From Chiloscyllium plagiosum (Eukaryota), in NCBI RefSeq assembly GCF_004010195.1, contig NC_057749.1:7399416-7463415 (forward strand): 64,000 bases of DNA. Direction: 5' to 3'. Shown in pieces: positions 50,148-62,049 of the stretch. The notes under the pieces are model-generated. The model had not been told where the DNA came from and searched no databases. It worked only from the letters and a program-made list of their open reading frames with translations. The position numbers and the translations under genes are program-made. Position 1 is the stretch's first letter; each line of letters begins with the position of its first letter.

Positions 50148-50400
50148 AAAATCAGAAATTGCTGGAAAAACTCAGCAGGTCTGACAGCACCTGTGGAGAG
50201 AAAACAGAGTTAAGGTTTTGGTTCCAGTGACCCTTCCTCAGGAGACAGTTGGGGTTGGGATTGTTCTGAAAAACGATCACTGGACCCAAAACGTTAGCCC
50301 TGTTTCTCCCTCCACAGATGCTGCCAGATCTGCTGAGTTCTTCCAGTAATTTCTAATTTTGTTTCAGATTTCCAGCATCTGCAGTTCTTTGGGTTACATT
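50148..50400. mobile_element. Penelope-like fold-back element (family B), 17-bp TSD
   Basis: tttgcaacaatCAatgc (50131-50147) / tttgcaacaatTGatgc (50401-50417); decayed hammerheads on both arms. Confidence 0.85.
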
Positions 50401-51184
50401 TTTGCAACAATTGATGCCTTGTTTAGCCATTTCAGAGTTGTTAAGAGGCAACCATGACAGTAGACAACTGGAGTGATGTCTAAGCTAGAATCAGGAAGGA
50501 TAACAGCTTTGTTTCCATTTAATAAGCAAATAGGGTTTTTACCACAGCTCTGTTGTTAATTTTCTCTGAAATCTTTTTTTTTAATTATTTCCAGGTCAAT
50601 TAAACTAAATTTAAAATTTGCAAAGGACTGCACTCAGACTTGAACTCATTTTGCTCACACGCCACAGTAACATTTTAATGAAACTATCGCAACGATAAAC
50701 AATATTTGTTAAAATGAATCACATCTGCAGCTGACGGAGGGCTGCAGTCGCAAACTGTTAACTCGTCTGCTCTCGTAACATCGACATACAACTGCTGTGC
50801 AATTCCAACATTTTCTGGGCATTCTCTGTTGTGGCTTTTTGTGAACATCAATCATCGCGAGCAAGTGATTTGTTGACAAGATACGCTGCCCGTTCAAACC
50901 TCACAGTTTTCCATTCTATTGTGTAACGGTTTCCTTTTGTTTCACTAATCGTCAGCATTCTTGATTTAACCTGTGTTACTTAGCAAGAAGCCGCATTGTG
51001 TTTTTTTCCCTCAGCCAGTCCTTAGCCTGAAGAGAGACTGCAGCTGGCTCCTGGACTAACTGTTCATGCAGGCATCAGACACTCCACTCAGCAGCACTGT
51101 GGAAATTTAGAGACTGAATTGAAGGAAAAAGAAAATAGACGTGTTTTCCGACTGCCTTTCCCAAGATGGCACCACACACGGACA

Positions 51185-52097
51185 CTCACCTGGACTCAAC
51201 ATATAAATACTGTGATTACAAGAGCAAGTCAGAGGCTGGGAATACTGCAGCGCATAGAATCCCGACAATGTGGAAACAAGCCCTTTGGCCCAACAAGTCC
51301 ACACTGACCCTCCGATGAGAATCCCACCCAATCCCATTCCCCTACCCTATTACTCTATGTTGACCCCTTACCGACACATCCCTGAACACTATGGGCAATT
51401 TAGCAGGGCCAATTCACCTAACCTACATATCTTTGGATTGTGCGAGGAAACCGGAGCACCCAAAGGAAACCCACGCAGACAGGAGGATAATGTGCAAACT
51501 TCACACAGACTGTCACCCGATGCTAGAATTGAACCTGGATCCCTGGCGTTGTGAGGCAGCAGTATGAAACACTGAGTCACCATACTGCCTATCCCTCGAT
51601 TCCACCATTTACAAGGCACATATCAGGAGTGTAATGGAATATTCTCCACTTGTCTGGATGACAGCAGTTCCTACAATGCTCAGGAAGCTTAACACCTCCC
51701 TGGACAAAGCAGCCCACAAGCATCCAATCCCTCCACCATCAATACTCTAGAGCAGCAGTGTATACTATCTACAAGATGAACTGAAGAAATCCATCAAAGA
51801 CTCACAGACAGCAACTTCCAAACCCACAACCACTTCCATCTAGAAGGACAGGGTCAGCAGATACATGGGAACACCACCACCATATGCAAGTTCCCCTCTA
51901 AGCCACACACCGTCTTCACTGTTACTTCTGGGTCAAAATCCTGGAATTCCCTCCATAGGGACTTTATGGGTCTACCAACTGCACATGGACTGCAGCAGCT
52001 CAAAGAGGCAGCCCAACAGCACCTTCTCACTGTAACTAGGAACGGGCAATAAATGCTGGCCCAGCCAGCGATGCCACGCCCCATCACTGAATAAAAA
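51185..52097 (+). mobile_element. L2/Crack-like LINE 3' fragment with nested HE1 (51253-51590, minus)
   Basis: TIYKAHIRSVMEYSPLVW..KLNTSLDKAA remnant after the HE1 insert; gggcaataaatgctggcccagccagcg tail. Confidence 0.82.
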
Positions 52098-54122
52098 AAG
52101 ACATTGGAGGGAACCCACCATCGTTGAAGTTTATTCACTGTTGATATGCGCTGAGCTAAAAAGACCCATTTTTATTGTCACTCACTAAACACCTTCTTCA
52201 ATTTTCGCTGGGCTGAAACAGAGAGAGTGTGGGCACTTAATAAAAGCATTAGGATCTGCTGCCAATTAAAATCACATGCAAGAGAGTGAAGAAAATTATT
52301 CCTACAACTGGTTTGATTTCATTCACAATCTGTTTCATCTTTTACTACACTAAGCAATCAAAATTCATTTTAGTGACTTTATTTAACAAAGGGCAATGAT
52401 GATTCCGAACAGGAACCTGGTCATCAATGAGTTGGCAAGGATCAAATGGAAGATGTGATGACAAACCTTGTGGAAATGCAGGAACCCATTTGCCTGTTTT
52501 TGCTGTAAAAAATAATTAAATTATAAAAATCTGCAATTTCCTCACTACAATCGTGACAATTCCTTAAACACATCACATTGGTTGTAGAATGTCTCCGGAT
52601 ATTTCCAGGATGTGAAAGGTGCTAGATTAATGCAAGCTATTTTCTTTTGCCTTGTCTAACGAGAGAGGTACTGCTGACCATTTTTCACGATATTGATGCC
52701 CTTTCAAATGGGCTTTTAAAATAAATAAGACCTTACATAATACAAAAATGACTTACATTCCTAGAGAGCGTTACCACACTGCTCCAAAGAAATTCTTGAG
52801 TGCTGTGCATACACTGAATTATTTTGAATGCAACAGTGGTCCTTCTGGTTGGAATGTTGTATTTGATTATAGTACTTGGAAGTGTTCAGAGAGGATTTGG
52901 TCTAGTTGTTGCAGACCTGCAAATGCATTTCTAAAGAACACATTTATGATTTCCACACCAGGTAACAGACAGCAGAGATCATCTCGCACAGTCTTCAGGC
53001 AGACTGAATACTATGAATGCTGATCAACCACAGAGGAGAGCTGGATTTGATCAAGGGAGTCCTCGTGAGACCTTCCAACAAGCAGCAGATACAAGTCCAT
53101 CAACTCCTCTCAGATTGCTCTGCTCGACTCAAAACTGGGCCAGCCATTTCCCTTTTTATAAAAAAAGCCGCACTGAAAAGCCATAGTGAATGGAGGTCTG
53201 CAGCACAGAGAGAAGCCCTTCGGCCCATCACATCCACACGGGTCAAAACAAAACTATCTAACTATTCTAATCCCATGTACAGTTATAAAGGTAAAAGATA
53301 AAAGATGTGTCATATGTTGCATGAAAACAAATGGTAAGGTGGAATTGGGAGCTCAGATCTTGATAGAAAGACTCAGTCTCCGGACCCTTTTTTTTTTATG
53401 AACTGCTAGGCAGTGCCTTACATATGGATTACAAAGTTTGCAAATCAATTAACACACTGGGAATGACCAATGATATGGAAGTGGTTGGATTCTTATGCAA
53501 ATGGCATCGATGATGCTTGGCTGGACTGAGCCAGTACGTGTGCCCTTGCATGTGCCCTCGTACGTACTAGTTTTATTCAATTCAAAAAAAGGTGCAGTGA
53601 CTGGACATATTCCCTTTGTCTGCAAAGGACTGGTCCCTGGGTGTGAATAGATGTTCCTCCAGTAAGCATTAGAGTACCCGGTTCCAATCCCAACAATATT
53701 ACTCTGCCGTAATTTCTGTGACAGCGTCTCAACGAGAGCTGAGTTGTAGACCAAGTTGCACCCTTGTCTCACGCAAAGATGATCCCTTTGAAATTTGGCA
53801 CACACAAAGCCTGCAACATATTACTTATTTCTCAGGAGGTGAGTCCTTCAAAAGGTACACAATTATATCCCGTGGCTCCAGGAGCTGCTGGGATTCTGCC
53901 ACCTTCCAGACCGGGAACATCAGCAAAGTTTTTTGATCTCAAATGGGGACTGAGCTCAGTCCTGACCTCACCCACATGCTGTCCAGTAACACGTATAACT
54001 TAACCTCCTGTACTGCATCCCAGGGCACTTGGAGCCAATTACAACACTGGTGCGGATAGCGGGGAGGTAGCCTCTGTTAGTATTCTTTCAGAGGTAGATC
54101 CCCCCTAACCCATACCCATTGC

Positions 54123-54504
54123 CTGGCACGGTGACTCAGTGGTTAGCACTGCTGCCTCACAGGCACCGACGTTCAAATCCTGCTGTGGACGACTGACTAT
54201 TCTCCCCATGTCTGCGTGGGTTGCCTCCAGGTGCTCTGGTTTCCTCCAACAGTCCAAAGATGAGCAGGTTCGGTAGATTGGCTACGCTAAATTGCCCATA
54301 GTGTCCAGGGATGTGCAGGCTGGGTGGATTAGTCTGGGAAATGCAGAATTACAGACCAAGGATAAGGGGGTGGGTGGATTAGCCATCGGGAAGGGAAGGT
54401 CATAGGGTAGGGGTTTGTTCTGGGTGGGATGTTCTTCGAAGGTGGGGGTGATGTGAACTCAATGGGCCAAATGGCTTACTTTCACATTGTTGAGATTCTA
54501 TGAT
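54123..54504 (+). mobile_element. HE1-type V-SINE with partial internal duplication
   Basis: Head, V-domain; gggtggattag segment repeated. Confidence 0.85.
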
Positions 54505-54989
54505 TACAATTGTCAATTCTGCATGGACAAACTTCTGCTGATTATCACCTGCCTTCAAACCACAAAGGCATATCCTGCTCTTTTTTGGCCAAACATTCTT
54601 TTTAAGATTATTTCAAGGGAACATTTCTTTCTGAAGTTGTTTTTGACCCCTGCAAAAATAAAATTCCTCCTGGATTTTACTCACAGTCGTGTCCCGCAAG
54701 TGGGTGCCTAATTCCTGATGAGACTTAGGGCAATCCGGGAGAGTTGACAACTCCATCTGGACTTCCTACCACCTGAAAGGGTTAACTGACATTGCAAAAT
54801 AGCTCCTCCCATCTGGATATAGTGGACCATTCCTTGAAGGAGCTAACCAGCTTTGCAGTGGCAGAATTCAAAGTTCTACAGCTAAAGAGCATGCACAACG
54901 ACACTCAAATCTAACGTGAGGTGGTACAATGTGGATGTAGCAAAGCAAATGATTAACTACTATAAACCTACTTTGTTCAACATTTGGAG

Positions 54990-55942
54990 TTAAATCTGGA
55001 TAAATGTGAGGTATTGCATTTTGGAACATCGAACAAGGGTTGGACGAATACAGTTAATGGCCGGGCCTTGGGTGGTGTTTGAGAAGTGTGGCACTGGAAA
55101 AGCACAACAGGTCAGGCAGCATCCGAGGAGCAGGAGAGTTGATGTTTCTGGCATAAGCCCTTCATCAGGAATGCCCCATCAGGAATGCTGTGCTTTTCCA
55201 GTGCCACATTTTTCAAATCTGACTCTCAGCATCTGCAGTCCTCACTTTCTCCTTGGGCAGTGTTGCGTTGTAGAGCACATAACGCTTTGAAGTTGGCATC
55301 GCATATAGACAAGGTGGTTAAAAAGATGTTTAGCGCACTTGCGTTCGTTGCTCAATCCACAGAGTGTAGGAGTTGGGACATCATGTTGAGGTTGTACAGG
55401 ACATTGGTGAGGCCTCTTTTGGAACACTAATCACCCATTTATAGGAGAAGATTATTAAGCTGAAGAGATTTCATAAGATATTTATCAGAATGTTGCCAGT
55501 ATGAACAGTTTGAATTACTCTGAAAGGCTGGATAGGTTGGGACATTTTTCACTAAAATGGAGGAGGTTGAGACACAACCTAATAGAAATTCAGAAAATAA
55601 TGAGGGGTATAGATAGAGTTAATGGTAGTTGTCTTTTCCGTAGGATGAGAGATTTCAAGACTAAGGGGTACATTTTTAAGGTGAGAGGAGAGAGAGATGT
55701 GAAAAGACACGAGGGGCGAGTTTTTTACACAGAGGATGGTTCACATGTGGAACGAACTTCCTGAGGAAATGGTGGATGTCGATAAAATTACAACGTTTAA
55801 AAGACACTTGGGTAAGTACATGAATAGGAAAGGGATATGGGTGAGGAGCAGGAAAGTGGCATGAGTTTAATTTGGGATTCTGTTCAGTGCAGACTCGTTG
55901 GACCAAAGGGTCTGTTTTCGTGCTGTGTGACTCTATTACTCT
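54990..55942 (+). mobile_element. HER1/CR1 3' fragment with nested PLE fold-back (55080-55250)
   Basis: SWDIMLRLYRTLVRPLLEH remnant; PLE flanked by ccttgggTGgtgtt (55066-55079) / ccttgggCAgtgtt (55251-55264). Confidence 0.88.
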
Positions 55943-57824
55943 AAAACCAAGCCATTCTTCATCCAAAGATATTGTGTGGGCATTCTTCCTCAGTTGGTAA
56001 CTTCGATTGATACCAGTAAGGAGGTTTGGTGACAGTGAATGGTCTCAGTGGGCCCAACCACAACTAATCAATGCAATGGGACTTGGCACCATTCACCTGG
56101 TTGGAAATTGGACAAAGAGTAGTCATGCCGGTGCCGGGACCATGATTCCTTCAGATCATTCCTCTCTCGGCTCTGTGCAGCCTTGATCAAACACTGTGAC
56201 TTTAGACATGCAGGACATGTTGTGACTTCCATTTGGCGCAACTCAACTTCTTTTCAACAAACTGTTAGGCCACTATTTTGTTAGGGCAATAAACTGCAAG
56301 GTGAGGCCATCCCAACTCGATTAAGCATTGTGGACCCCAAAACAGAATGTGCAACAAACTGGACAGTGATGAATACATTGTCTCCAGTCCAAATTCATGG
56401 ACATTCACCATCCAGTTGACACAAAGAGGGGCCATGGAAAACAGGTTACAATACGGAGCCAAAGCGTGCCTTGTCTTTTTTTGAGAAAGTATGTTTGACT
56501 TTCCTCAGAAGTAATGCAGCAACAATTTTAAAATAGCGACATTTACAATTCCCCAGAGGTCTTCTTTTTCAAAAAAAAGTCTGCGAGCAAAAAAAAAAGA
56601 CAGAATATAATTAAAACCGATGTTGCTCTGTTACAAGATAGCTCTTATTTTATTTTTAACAACGGGGACAGTTAACAAAGGATGGCTTGAATTGTAGCTC
56701 GAAAACATTAATGGAACTGTTCCTTTCATATTAAAAGAGCTTTGAAAAATGACTTCTAGGGCCTTGGCATATTAAATACAGCAATATTTGCTATTGCACT
56801 TCACTCTAAGAGAAACTGTTCAATACAAGTTTGACATTATACATGTGCCATATTAAACTTTAATGCAATTATTTATAAGGAGTGCCAGCTGATAATGTAG
56901 GATAAGGATGAAATACCTCATTCTCATTTGCACTACAGAATAAATTGTTTTACAGTTAAGCACACAGAATATTTTATATATGGAAAAAAAACACACAGGC
57001 ATAAAAAGAGAGAGACTACACTGTTAAAATTCATTTTAGTTTAGATTAAGCATCTCAAAAATAGCCCATGGATCAGATTAGGTAGTTTTATAATGAATAC
57101 AGCCAACTACAGGGAGGGAGGGAATACACCAGTAACTCAGAAGAATTATTCAAACGACATCTGGATTTTAAATTCCTGGCCATAAGAGATATTTAAACAA
57201 AGTAAAAATTAATATATTTTCAACCAAAATAAAATTAGTATGATCAACTCATTTTCTTATTTAAATATTGTCAGCTTCTACACATTTAATTTTTCTTTAT
57301 TGCATTGATTTTATGAATTTTTTTTTCACCAGGAATTTATCTTCATGTTTGTTTAATAAGCTCCCAGTCAGGAATTGCCAAGAGGACTCTGTGTGCAACA
57401 GTTCATGGTAAACAGCTGAAGGAAGAATTTTATATGTGTAAAATATTACAATGCCTCTTTCTCCCTTTCCATTTCAGTCTCCTTCTCTCCTTATCTGAAC
57501 ACCTGCACTAGAGTTTAACTTTGTCTGCATAGAACGCCTCCCTCATTTTTTCACTCATGAGGCCCAGAATGCAGCATAACCGACCGTAGATGCTGTCATC
57601 TCCACTCTGACTCAACAAGGTTTGTCAGAGAAACTGTGAGATTGCAAGAGCAGGTTCATCAAAGTGGCATGTATCAGAGATTGAGGTGTTTAAAATGCTA
57701 ACAAGGATCTTTGCCATAAAGAGCGTGAGTTTCTGTCTCCTCCTCATCAGGACACATTCAAGAATGCCAACTCTCAAACAAAATTTGCTAATCTAATATC
57801 TTTCTGACAAGATTAAAGAGAAAA

Positions 57825-58365
57825 GGTAAAATCGCCAGAGTCCTGGTGGACTGCTCTCTCATTACAGGGAGACAACAATAGGGAAGGTGGTGGCCTAGTG
57901 GTATTGTCGCTGGACTCTTAATCCAGAGACCCAGGTAACATTCTGGGGACCCAGGTTCGAATGCTGTGGAATGTGGAATTTGAATTTAATAAATATCTGG
58001 AATTAGGAATCTATGTTGACCAGGGATCCATCGTCGATGGTTGGAAAACCCCATTTGGTTTACTAATGCCCTTTAGGGAAGTAAACTGCCGTCCTTACCT
58101 GGTCTGGCCTGCATGTGACTCCAGACCCACAGTAATGTTGACTCTTAATGGGGCAATTAGGGATGGGCAATAAGTGCTGGCCTAGCCAGCAATGCCCTCA
58201 TCCTGTGAATGAATTTTTAAAAATGCTGGTGGTGATCTAACCTGAGGATCACAACCTGAGCAGCAAGGTTGAGAAGGTTGGACTTCTATGGCAACCTCAC
58301 TTGGTGCCTGAATTGTACTCATGCTGTTGGCATCACCATCCAGCCAACTGAGCTGACCAACTCCC
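57825..58365 (-). mobile_element. tRNA-derived SINE family C, split by a family B SINE (57885-58224, plus)
   Basis: Outer parts match 63582-63770 in reverse; inner part is a full family B copy. Confidence 0.75.
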
Positions 58366-58759
58366 AAGATTAAATGCTTTGGCTACACGTCATTCCTTTC
58401 AGTAAAATTCTGTACTGCCAACGGCTGTTAATGAACATTTGATATGACAGGTGGACTTCCTCTGGTAGCAAACAAATATAAAAAACAAGAGGACCTAATG
58501 TTAAAGGGGACTAAATTGGTTTAGGATTGTAAGTAAGCAACATGTTTCCAACATAAAGATTTGTGGAAATTTGGAAGGCTCCATTCTTACCTGAAAAGGT
58601 GTGGAGACAGAAGTCAACTCAAGCTTTCAAAATGGAGACTGAGAGAAATTCTTGCTAGGTAAGGGCACAGAAAGGTAAATAGACAGGTGCATATCTGCCA
58701 TTGAATGGTGTAATAGTACCGTGAGTGATTGTGGTTCCCTGATTTAAGATTTCCTTTCA

Positions 58760-59160
58760 TCTGAGGCAGTTCAGAGAAGGTTCACAGTTTGGTTGGATTG
58801 TCTTGTGAGCTGAGGTAAAACAGGTTCAGACTCTACTCACTGGAGTTTAGAAAATAGGAGGTGGTCTCATTGAAACATATGGGATTCTTTAAGGGGCTTG
58901 ACAGGGTAAATGCTAAGGGGTTGCTCCCCCTCATATGACAGTCCAGGATCAAATGACCCAGTCTCAAAATAAATGGATGCCAATTTAAGACTGAGATGAG
59001 GAGGAACATGTTCTCTCAGAGAGTTGAATCTTTGGAACATCTTGCCACAGAGAGCTGTGGGGGCACAGTCCTCATGTATATTTAAGGCTGAGATAGATAA
59101 ATTCTTGGTCAATCGGGGAATTTAGGGTTACAGGGAAGGGGTAGAAAAGTGGACGCGAGG
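58760..59160 (+). mobile_element. CR1 LINE 3' fragment, followed by a family B SINE (59165-59495)
   Basis: ctggagtttagaaaataggaggtggtctcattgaaacatat...tttaaggctgagatagataaattctt. Confidence 0.8.
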
Positions 59161-60000
59161 ATCTAGTGGCATTATTGCTCGAATATTAATCTGGAAACTC
59201 AGCACATGTTCTGGAGATGTGCGTTCAAATCCCATTACAGCAGATTGTGGAATTTGAATTCAATTTAAAAAAAATTCTGGAACTAAGAGTCTAATAATGA
59301 TCATGTTGGAAAAACCCATCTGCTTCACAAATGACTTTTAGGGAAGGAAACTGCCATCCTTATCTGGTCAGGCCTATATGTGACTCCAGACCCACAGCAA
59401 TGTGGTCAACTCTTAACTGTCCTCTGGTCAACTGGGGATGGGCAATAAATGCTGGCTCAGCCAGAATAGGCCACATCCCATAAGTAAATAAAAAATGTCA
59501 GCCATTAATGGCAGAGCAGCTCGAGGGGCTTAACAACTGTCCGTGTTTCTTACAGTCTGATGGAAGTAATGGGCAGAACTATTTATTTCTATTACCCAGT
59601 ACTCCAACATATACATGGTCAAGATTGGGAATCCTAGCTGAATTTTAAATCTCTCATCAAATGTGGTCCCGTTGAAACGTGATGAGGGTCCTATCCATAT
59701 TGGTACAACGGAGAATAGGTGACGTTTTTGGACGAAGGTGATTTGAAGCTAAGGGTGGGGGCTGAAAGCAGGCCATTAGATTTGTGACATGCCGATGGCT
59801 ATTGGTAATACAAGTTTCTCTCCTTCACTCAGAGTTCAAGCTACCACAGATCAGGGGAGGTTGGGGAAGGAGTGTGGGGAATGGTGGTCACAATTCACTA
59901 TCGCTGATGGTTTTACAAATCACAAACAAGCTGGGTGGAGAATGTAAGGAGATGCTGCTCCCACTCAGGAAGAGACAAAAAGAACACAAGAGTATAGAAT

Positions 60001-60194
60001 TCAAAGGTGTGCAAGTTAGGCGGATTAGCCATGTCAAAGTACCCATAGTATCCAGGGATTTGCAGGCTAGGTGGAATAGCCATGGGAAATGCAGGGTTGC
60101 AGGGTTGCAGGGATAAGAATAGTGGGGTGGGTTTGGACGGAATGCTCTTTGGAGGGTCGTTGTGGACCCGATGGGCCAAATGGCCTGTTTCCAC
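60001..60194 (+). mobile_element. HE1-type V-SINE 3' part
   Basis: ggattagccatgtcaaagtacccatagt...aatggcctgtttccac; contains (tgcagggt)x3. Confidence 0.8.
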
Positions 60195-60214
60195 GCAAAC
60201 GAAGCAAGAGTGAT

Positions 60215-60440
60215 GTGAAACAAAATTCTGAAGTCACACAACACCATGTTTTGGTCCAACAGGTTTTTTTGCAATCACAAGCTTTCGGAGTGCTGCTCCT
60301 TCATCAGATACTTCACCATCGGGTGAAGGGGCAGCACTCCGTGAGCTTGTGATTTCAAATCAACCTGTTGGACTATAACCTGGTTTCATGTGACTTCTGA
60401 CTTTGTCCACATCAGTCTGACACTGGCACCTCCCCATCAC
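60215..60440. mobile_element. Penelope-like fold-back element (family C); intact hammerhead core on minus strand at 60276-60310
   Basis: Minus strand reads tat-CTGATGA-a-GGAG-cagca-CTCC-GAAA-g-cTT-gtg; the mirror arm is decayed. Confidence 0.82.
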
Positions 60441-60939
60441 GGCTACCAAACAAAATTTTCATACGTTTAGTCGCAAGGATGTGGAATGTACTGCCTGGAA
60501 ACAATGGAGAAAGGTTCAATTCAGGCATTCAAGAGGGTATTAGATAATTATTTGGATACAAACCATGTGCAAGGGGATGGGGAAAAGGCAGGAGATTAGC
60601 ATGAGGTGGTAGAATCAGGGCGGGCGTGATGGGCTGAATGGCCTCCTTCTGAGCCCTAACAAGACTGTGATTCAGCTACATACCATCCATTTCTCTGCTG
60701 CTCAACAGTCTTGTATATTCACCTGTGTGCCAAGAATGGATAGAATTCTCTTAGCAGTTTGATAAATTGCCCTTTACAAAACCAGCAAAACTCAAAAAGA
60801 ATTGCAATGGGGGTGGGGGAAGGGTTAACAGTATTCTTTCAACCCAAAGTGCTAATATACCTCATACCACTGCCCTTCCCACACCTATATCACAATCCGC
60901 ACATTTCACTCAGTTCGAGACCCACCATATTGACAGGAT

Positions 60940-60983
60940 GGGAACTGAAATTGCTGGGAAAACTCAGCAGGTCAGGCAGCATC

Positions 60984-61033
<50 letters not shown>

Positions 61034-61185
61034 AGAGTTAACATTTTAAGTCCAGTGACCCTTCTTCAGAATGCTGATCAGAAACATTAACTCTGCTTTC
61101 TATCCTCAGATGCTACCAGAACTGTTGTGTTTTTCCTGCAATTTGTGTTTTGGTTTCTGACTTCCAGCATCTGTCATATTTTTGT
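60940..61185. mobile_element. Penelope-like fold-back element (family B) containing an expanded (GA)n microsatellite at 60988-61032
   Basis: Inverted arms; atattga(c/aa)aggat repeated at the flanks; about 22 GA units. Confidence 0.85.
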
Positions 61186-61204
61186 ATATTGAAAAGGATC
61201 TGTT

Positions 61205-61740
61205 GCTGTACCACAAGGCTCTGGGTTCAAATCCCACTCCAAAGTTTGAGGATAAAAACCAAAGCAGATACCCTACTGCAGTACTGAGGGAATGCTGCAT
61301 TGTTGGAATTGCCATCTTTAGTCCGCTTGCTCAAGACAATGGGACTGAAACTGAGTTTGCTAACTGTGTGGATTGGTGAGTACTGAGGGAGTGCTGCACT
61401 ACCAAGGGTGCGATTTTTCATGTTTAGGATGGGGCATGAAATGGATATCCCATCTGCCTACTCGAGTGAATATAAAATCTCCCATTGCACTGTTTCAAAG
61501 AAGAATCGAGGGGAGTTTGCTCTTGTGTTTTGGCCAACACTTATCCCTCAATCAACATCACAGAAACAGATTATCTAGTCATTATCGTATTGTTGTATGT
61601 GGGAGTTTGTTGAGCACAAATTAGCTGTTGTGCTTCCTACACTACAACAGGGACTACACTTCAAGTACTTAATTGGCTGTAAAATGCTTTGAGATATCAG
61701 GACGCTCATGAAAAGTGCTATATAAATGCAAGCCTTTCTC
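61205..61740 (+). mobile_element. DeuSINE (SacSINE1-like) with internal rearrangement
   Basis: gggttcaaatcccactcca head, Deu core, gaaaagtgctatataaatgcaag tail. Confidence 0.8.
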
Positions 61741-61861
61741 TCTTAATGCTTGCTGTCGCCTCATGGCAAGAGATGGAACCTTGTCATCTTCTTCCACCCT
61801 GGACTGAAAATAAGAAAAATTGACACTGCTTTAAAAAGAGAGGAAATACAAGAGGGTTATA

Positions 61862-62049
61862 CAGTCTGTTCTATATTACGGAATAGACCCGTTCTCGTGT
61901 GATCTCAGGTTATAAGAAAATAGCGCCGTGTCATTTAAACTGATTCAACCAGAGTTGCGTTATAGCCAATCCAGGTAAGAAAGTCACAAATAACGGGCAA
62001 AATTCTTCAATTTGTGTTGAAGAAACACGCGTTATAACAGAATCGACTG
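61862..62049. mobile_element. Tc1/mariner-pogo (Tigger-like) MITE
   Basis: TIRs cagtctgttctatattacg / cgttataacagaatcgactg; TA at left, TG at right; homologous to 26914-27068. Confidence 0.75.

Noticed and set aside
10019..54504. Many ORFs sharing motifs such as CGRKPEHPEETHADTGR or LCGFPLGAPVSSH
   Set aside because: These are translations of HE1 V-SINE copies, not a gene family.
54712..54755. ctgatgag motif as a possible hammerhead (also 18145)
   Set aside because: No stem II followed by GAAA downstream.
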